In this document: positions 58,625 through 64,000 of the stretch, in pieces
Position numbering within the stretch: the stretch's first letter is position 1
How the letters are laid out: each line of letters starts with the position of its first letter
Source of the DNA: Thermoplasmata archaeon
Lineage (GTDB): Archaea > Thermoplasmatota > Thermoplasmata > Lutacidiplasmatales > UBA184
Reading direction: 5' to 3'
NCBI GenBank assembly: GCA_027306505.1
Contig: DAHUZP010000001.1
Location: 120,932 to 184,931 of the forward strand
Length of the DNA stretch: 64,000 nucleotides
Notes under the pieces: model-generated
Database searches by the model: none
What the model was told of the DNA's origin: nothing
Seen by the model: the letters and a program-made list of their open reading frames with translations, nothing else
Program-made: the position numbers and the translations under genes

Positions 58625-59668
58625 CTATACTCTTGCGGCGCGGGCCGCAGGCGGAGCCGAGAGCGTCCGCTTCATCCGGTCGATCCCCATGATCGGGACC
58701 GGGTCGACCCCTCGCAAGCGGGCGGACCAGAGCGTGACGTAGTCCGCGGCCCAGAGGAGGTCAAGAAGCTCCGCGAGCGCTCCACGGGAGGGGGAGGCAT
58801 AGGTCTCGACCCCGACGCCCTTCTCCCGTAAGGCGCGCTCGAGGTACTGGGCCCGGCCATCCGCTTCCGGTCCCTCCCCGCCGCCGCGCAGGAGGACGAC
58901 GAAACGGTCGCGGGCCCGCTCGGGGGCCAGGACCTCCCAGGGCACGATCGCGTTGTGGAGGAGCTCAGGGAAGGTGTCGAAGTGGGAGAGCACCTTCGCG
59001 TTCTCCTCGGCCTGGGTCTTCCAGCGACGCGCGACCGCGGCGAGAGCGTCCGGGGCGTAGACCCAGAGGTCACGAGCACCCCCCCAAGCTTCCGCGATGG
59101 CCCGGGGCCTACCGGACCCTCCGGAGAACTCCTCCGCCCGCGCATCCAGCGACTCGGAGGCCCGGGGAAGGTCCCGAACCGTGCCAGGTAGTGCTTCTCG
59201 TAGGACACCAGCGAGGGCGCCCATGAGGTAGCCCAGGCTGGCTCGCGGAGGCTGTCCTCCCGGCACTTGGACCTGGAGCAGACCCTCCTTCTTCGCGAGC
59301 TCGCCCAGGCGCCCGCCTGAAGCGACCACCGCCCGCTCCACCCCCCGCCGTCCGGCCTCTTCGAAGGAGGCGAGCGTCTCCGCCGTGTCTCCGGAGTAGC
59401 TCACCGCGACCAGAGGGACCGGGGGCCGCACCCAGGTCGGGAGGTGCGAGCCGCGGACCGGGAGCAACGGGGTTTCGCTCTCCCGCGAAGCGAGCGACGC
59501 GAGGAGCTCTCCGGCGATCCCGCTCCCACCCATCCCCGCGACGGCGACCGGGACACCGGGGCGGAGCGCGAAGTCGTGGCGAGGGACGCTCCTGAGACCG
59601 TCACGAAGCTGTCGGGGGAAGGCGGCGGCCAAGGCCCACATCCGGCCCTCGCCCTCGGGAGCGGTCAC
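58625..59668 (-). CDS. Bifunctional phosphoglucose/phosphomannose isomerase (SIS-domain, archaeal PGI/PMI family)
   Basis: It reads VAGMGGSGIAGELL...VAVSYSGDTAETL and is about 347 aa. Confidence 0.75.
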   Translation of the reverse strand: MTAPEGEGRMWALAAAFPRQLRDGLRSVPRHDFALRPGVPVAVAGMGGSGIAGELLASLASRESETPLLPVRGSHLPTWVRPPVPLVAVSYSGDTAETLASFEEAGRRGVERAVVASGGRLGELAKKEGLLQVQVPGGQPPRASLGYLMGALAGVLREALPGTVRDLPRASESLDARAEEFSGGSGRPRAIAEAWGGARDLWVYAPDALAAVARRWKTQAEENAKVLSHFDTFPELLHNAIVPWEVLAPERARDRFVVLLRGGGEGPEADGRAQYLERALREKGVGVETYASPSRGALAELLDLLWAADYVTLWSARLRGVDPVPIMGIDRMKRTLSAPPAARAARV

Positions 59669-59980
59669 GCCCCGTCCAAGGGGTGGCCCTAGATAGCTCT
59701 TCGACCCGAGGTGGCACGCCCCGTCGGACCGACCCCACGGCGCGCGAGGGCGAGACCGCGCCCGGGGGACCCACCGAGGGGGGCGGCCCGCTGGGGCAGC
59801 TCTGCCAAGGGGGGATCCGGCGAAGTACCCTGCCCCTATCGGGCGGTAGCCTTAACAGCCCTCTCTACCCTCCCTTCCCCGAGCGATCTTGCGGCCTGCC
59901 CTTTCCCCATTCTCCCGTCGTTCCCGGTCCACATCTCCCTCGGGAACTTGGCTCGCGGAATAGAGAGGGCGGCATAGCGG

Positions 59981-62900
59981 ATGCAGCGGGCGTTCCTGGG
60001 ACCCCACATCAAGATCCCGACGGGGATCGATGGGTTGGACCGGATGCTCCAAGGCGGCGTCCTGCCCGGACGCCCATACCTCGTGGTGGGCCCTCCCGGG
60101 AGCGGGAAGACCACCCTCGCGCTGGAGTTCCTTCTACGGGGAGTTCGACAGGGCGAGGACGTGCTCTACGTCACGCTCGAGGAGCCCCCGAACGAGCTTC
60201 GGGAGAACTTCGCCGGTCTCGGCGAGGGGCTCGACAAGATCTGGGTCTTCGACGCGATCCCCGACATCATGCGCTACGAGAAGACCCCGTTCAAGGACAT
60301 CGCGGCGGTCCGCAGCGCGACGCGCCTGGGGGATATCCCTACCGAGATCCGGAAGACCGGGGAGTTCACCAGCGTCGAGATCACTTTCAGCGCGCTGATG
60401 CAGACGCTCAAGATGGAGACCGTCCGGCGGCTCTACAGCCGGATCGTGATCGACTCGCTCACGGCGCTCCAATACTTCTGCATGAAGGGCTTCGACGAGG
60501 CCCAAGGAGCCCAGGCCTTCCTCCGTTTCCTCTCGGACCTCAGGATCACCTCGCTGCTCACCGTCGAGGCTCCCGAGAACGGACGACCGACCGCGGAGCG
60601 CCTCCTCGCCCGAGGGGAGATCCACCTCTTCCGTTGGGACATCGCCGGAAGCATGGTGCGGGCAATCGGGATCGAGAAGATCCGCGGGAGCCCCCACGAC
60701 CACCGGTTGCACCCCTTCCGGGTCTCCTCGCACGGGCTCGACGTGGACACCAGCGTCGCGATCTCCCGCAACACCCGGACCGTGGTGTCGGTGCCTTCGG
60801 AAGAACCGGAGGCGACGACCGAGCCCTCGGAGACCGAGCTCATGATCGAGGCGCGTCGGGCCATCCTCACGATCCAGGAGGATGTCCAGGACCTCCTCGA
60901 CGTGGGGGTCGACGTGGACATGGTCCGGGAGCTGGTCCAGCAGGCCCACGGAGCGCTCTCGCGGATGCAGACCCGAGAGTCGCTGCGCCTCCTTCTCGAG
61001 GCCCGTCAGCTGGTGAACCACCTGGTGCTGGGCTACCAGGTGTCCCAGGAGTTCGCCGCGAAGGGGGCCCAGGCGAGCTGGCCTTCCCTTGCGATGCGTA
61101 GGCAGGTGGAGGCTACGCTGGGTCGCGTGGCCACCACCGCACCCGACTCAGGCACCGCGCCGAAGGCCGCCCCCGTCGCCGCTTCTCCCTCGGTCGCCCC
61201 GGTCGGACCAAGCGTTCACGGCCCGAGCGGACCTGGGGTCGGGGAGACCACGGCGCCGCCACGTCCGGCGACGTCGCCGCTCCCCGCGCTGTCGCAAGCG
61301 ACTCGCGAGTCCGCGGCGAACCTGCTCCCGCTCCTCACCCGTCTCATGGGCGCGCTGGGGAGCAAGTCGAACAGCAGCATCGCCGAGAACCTGCCGGCGG
61401 CGCTCATCCAGCGGGCGGCCGCGGTCGCCGGTGCTCAGAACATTCCGGGCCTCCTCCCGCCGCCGGAAGCGACGACCGCTCCCCCCCCAGCACCCACCCC
61501 CGCGACACAGGACGCGCCTGCGACCCACGCGGCCGAGCCTTCGGTTACGTCTGGAACCGGAGGGGCTGGCGCTCCCCCCACGAACGCCTCGGCCCCCGCG
61601 ATCACCGCCCGCTCTGAGCGTTCGGTTCCCGCGCCCTCTCCTGTGGCCCCCCCACCCCCCGTGACGCCCGCGGTCGTGGCCCCCGCGGCCGCTCCTGCTC
61701 CTCGCTCCCCAGCGCCGGCCGCTCCGAGCGCTCCACCTCCGGTCGGCCAACCCTCGCGGGCGGTCGTCGGCGCGGCGCAGCATCCGTCGGCCACCGGCCC
61801 GGCCTCCCCTGCGACTCCAGCGTCGGAGACCCCTGCACGTCCGGTGGCGGGGCCTGCTTCACCCATGGGAACGAGTCCCACCCCGCCGACCTCACCTCCC
61901 CCGGTTCGGCCTCCCGTCGGCCCGCCCGCCAGCCAGACTTCCCCTACGACGGCTCGACCCTCGGCGCCCTCTTCTTCGACTGCTTCCGTTCCTGGGGTTC
62001 CGCGACCCGCCGCCTCCGCGCCTGAACGACCCGGTGCCCCGTCCGGGGGAGGGGTTCCGCCCGGGCCGTCGTCGGCCCCTGGAGCGACGCCGGTCCCTCG
62101 AGCGACCCCCGTCGCTTCCCAGGCTCCGCAACCTCGCCCGGCTCCCTCCGCGGCAGCCCCACCTGCAGCTCGGGGGCCCGCGAGCGCGGTTCCCCCTTCG
62201 AACCCTCAGCCTCGCCCTACCCCCTCCTCGAGCACGGGTCCAGTTCCCTCAGCGGCGCGACCGCAGCCGGGGAACGTTCCACCGCAGGCCCCCCGCGCCC
62301 CGGGGACGTCACCCCTACCCCCAGCGCCGAAGATGCCCGGTTGGGCCCCCCTGCCACCCGTGCCGAAGATCCCCAGCCTTGCCCCCAATATCGCGAAACC
62401 TCCTGCAACATCTCCGAACCTATCCGGCGACCCCGCCGCAGCCCGTGCTCCGGGCGCCTCCAGCGGGTCGACCGAAGGGAAGCCTGCGTCACCTTCCGCA
62501 GCGCCTGCAGCGACCCTGCCGCCAGCAGCCTCAAGCCCGGGCCGCGAACCTGTCGCTGCGCAGACCCCTTCGGCCCCGACGGCGAGACCCGCTTCCCAGG
62601 CAGTTTTCCCCACCAGTCCTAGGGCGCCCTCCCCTACGCCCGCGGGCCCGGGCCCATCGGGGGTTCCGGCCCCCGCCCCGACCCCTCGCTCCACCGCGTC
62701 AGAGTACTCGGCAACGACCCCCACCGGCGAGCGCACGCTGCCTGGTGCCTGGTCCAACGCCCCGCCGCGAGCCCCTTCCACCGGCCCCACCCCAGCACCT
62801 GGTCCCGGGGGCGCACCGCCGTATTCCTCCACGGCACGAACCACGCTTCCCCCGAACAGGACCACCGGTGGTCCGCAACCGAGCGAGGGGCCGTCCGGCC

Positions 62901-63928
62901 GGGTGGGAGCTCCTGTGACCCGCCCGAACCAGGTCCCGCCCCAGCGTGCAGGACCGCTGAGCGGTTCCGGAAGGATCGGGCCCTCCACGTCGCCACCCAC
63001 CTATCGTCCGCCCGCGGGCAGTGGGATCCGGGAGGTGACCCGTCCGGCGGGCCCGACCACCGGCGCGGGGACTCCTGTGGACGCGAGGCCGCACTCCCCT
63101 CCCGGCAGCACGGGACCTGCCGCCGTCGCGACAGCCGCCCCCGTGTCTCCACCCGCCGCGCCTCCTCCGGAACCGAGCGTGGCCGCACCCGTTCCTCCAC
63201 CGCCCGAGGCTTCCCCCCCATCCGCTCCACCCGCTCCCGCTGCGGAGCCCGAGCCCGCGCCGCCTTCACCACCGCCGCCTCCGCCACCCCCTCCTGAGGG
63301 AACCCCGGCACCAGAGGTGCCCATCACCCCTCCGGGGCTGCCACCTCCGCCGGCCCAGGAGCCGCCGTCGGTGGCCCCGGACGTCGCCGAGGCCGACTCG
63401 GGCCCGGCAGCGCTCGCTCGAGCCCCGATCGACCGCGAGCTCGTTCAGGACGCCGCTCCGAGCCCATCCGAGGAGCCCGAGCAGCCCCCCAACTCCGTCG
63501 AGCCCCCCGCTCAAGCTGAGCCGACTCGAGAGGGCAGCCTCCCCGCCGACCACCCAACGGAAGCCCAGGTCGACTCCGCGGAACCGTCCTTCGCTCAGGC
63601 GCCCGCCCGGACGGAAGGTGCCCCTGCTGAGACCCCTCAGGCCCCCGAGACCAGGCCCGCGGACGAGGCGGCCGCACCGACCTCACCGGAAGGGCCCGGG
63701 ACCGAAGAGGCATCGCGTCCGAAGGCGCGCAAACGGAGGTCCACGGGCACCCGCTCGAAGCGACGCAAGAAAGGCGCCTCCATCGAGGAGAGCGTGTCGA
63801 GCGCCGCAGTGAAGACGGCGGACGGAGAGGCCGCCCCCGAAGCGGAGGAGGTCGCCGCTCCAGGGCCTGGTTCGGACGAAGGAGACCCTTCCTCGGAGCC
63901 TTCGACCCGCGAGGACACGGGGAGCTAG
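59981..63928 (+). CDS. KaiC/RecA-superfamily ATPase fused to a ~900-aa Pro/Ala/Ser/Thr-rich disordered tail, an acidic segment and a basic C-terminal patch
   Basis: The N-terminus reads GIDGLDRMLQGGVLPGRPYLVVGPPGSGKTTLALEFL (Walker A) with a Walker B-like IVIDSLT. From about aa 380 to 1200 the sequence is low complexity. The C-terminus reads RPKARKRRSTGTRSKRRKKG. Confidence 0.7.
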   Translation: MQRAFLGPHIKIPTGIDGLDRMLQGGVLPGRPYLVVGPPGSGKTTLALEFLLRGVRQGEDVLYVTLEEPPNELRENFAGLGEGLDKIWVFDAIPDIMRYEKTPFKDIAAVRSATRLGDIPTEIRKTGEFTSVEITFSALMQTLKMETVRRLYSRIVIDSLTALQYFCMKGFDEAQGAQAFLRFLSDLRITSLLTVEAPENGRPTAERLLARGEIHLFRWDIAGSMVRAIGIEKIRGSPHDHRLHPFRVSSHGLDVDTSVAISRNTRTVVSVPSEEPEATTEPSETELMIEARRAILTIQEDVQDLLDVGVDVDMVRELVQQAHGALSRMQTRESLRLLLEARQLVNHLVLGYQVSQEFAAKGAQASWPSLAMRRQVEATLGRVATTAPDSGTAPKAAPVAASPSVAPVGPSVHGPSGPGVGETTAPPRPATSPLPALSQATRESAANLLPLLTRLMGALGSKSNSSIAENLPAALIQRAAAVAGAQNIPGLLPPPEATTAPPPAPTPATQDAPATHAAEPSVTSGTGGAGAPPTNASAPAITARSERSVPAPSPVAPPPPVTPAVVAPAAAPAPRSPAPAAPSAPPPVGQPSRAVVGAAQHPSATGPASPATPASETPARPVAGPASPMGTSPTPPTSPPPVRPPVGPPASQTSPTTARPSAPSSSTASVPGVPRPAASAPERPGAPSGGGVPPGPSSAPGATPVPRATPVASQAPQPRPAPSAAAPPAARGPASAVPPSNPQPRPTPSSSTGPVPSAARPQPGNVPPQAPRAPGTSPLPPAPKMPGWAPLPPVPKIPSLAPNIAKPPATSPNLSGDPAAARAPGASSGSTEGKPASPSAAPAATLPPAASSPGREPVAAQTPSAPTARPASQAVFPTSPRAPSPTPAGPGPSGVPAPAPTPRSTASEYSATTPTGERTLPGAWSNAPPRAPSTGPTPAPGPGGAPPYSSTARTTLPPNRTTGGPQPSEGPSGRVGAPVTRPNQVPPQRAGPLSGSGRIGPSTSPPTYRPPAGSGIREVTRPAGPTTGAGTPVDARPHSPPGSTGPAAVATAAPVSPPAAPPPEPSVAAPVPPPPEASPPSAPPAPAAEPEPAPPSPPPPPPPPPEGTPAPEVPITPPGLPPPPAQEPPSVAPDVAEADSGPAALARAPIDRELVQDAAPSPSEEPEQPPNSVEPPAQAEPTREGSLPADHPTEAQVDSAEPSFAQAPARTEGAPAETPQAPETRPADEAAAPTSPEGPGTEEASRPKARKRRSTGTRSKRRKKGASIEESVSSAAVKTADGEAAPEAEEVAAPGPGSDEGDPSSEPSTREDTGS

Positions 63929-64000
63929 AGCTCCCGGGAGGTTGTGGGACGAATGGTGGTAGGGCGAGGCCGACAGGACGGACGCGCGGGCTCCGGCATC

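Noticed and set aside
61100-63500. Highly repetitive nucleotide tract considered as a possible CRISPR or tandem-repeat array
   Set aside because: The repeats are irregular CCN/GCN codon runs in one continuous open frame encoding Pro/Ala/Ser. There are no regular direct repeats with spacers, and no cas genes.

Overview
The window is about 70% GC and archaeal. It carries a TFB (TFIIB) gene with the H/ACA protein Gar1 directly upstream, an aIF6 - L31e - L39e - PDCD5-like - S19e block with S17e nearby, Trm1, a bifunctional PGI/PMI, and KaiC-family ATPases. Two tRNAs are present: Pro-CGG on the plus strand and Ser-CGA on the minus strand. Housekeeping genes (purQ, purN, uvrB, an Lhr-type helicase, TldD/PmbA, a LarE-like PP-loop enzyme, methyltransferases) are mixed with accessory content. 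The accessory content comprises two cell-surface giants built of PKD-like repeats, two ABC systems, a Mo-hydroxylase-family operon (mocA-xdhC-small-large-medium subunits), two glycosyltransferases, and several membrane transporters. The most interesting candidate is a TerY-P-triad-like signalling locus at 32.8-41.2 kb. It comprises a PP2C phosphatase, a vWA (TerY-like) protein and an atypical protein-kinase-like gene. The kinase-like gene sits in an apparent operon with a 1600-aa Kelch-propeller/PKD/transmembrane protein that ends in a cytoplasmic TrmB-like winged helix, so it may be a membrane-tethered transcription factor. Secondary candidates are listed in order below. First, two unusual KaiC-family proteins: one is a membrane plus coiled-coil protein with a degenerate P-loop, the other is a KaiC ATPase fused to a roughly 900-aa Pro/Ala/Ser-rich disordered tail. 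Second, a HcrB-like FAD subunit carrying a 4-Cys insertion, which suggests a reductase-type Mo enzyme. Third, a stand-alone pseudo-receiver gene, a SAMP-like ubiquitin-fold gene ending in GG, a frameshifted MFS gene, and a frameshifted IS1634-like transposase remnant. Many long Arg-rich antisense ORFs in the supplied track are artefacts of the high GC content and are not annotated.
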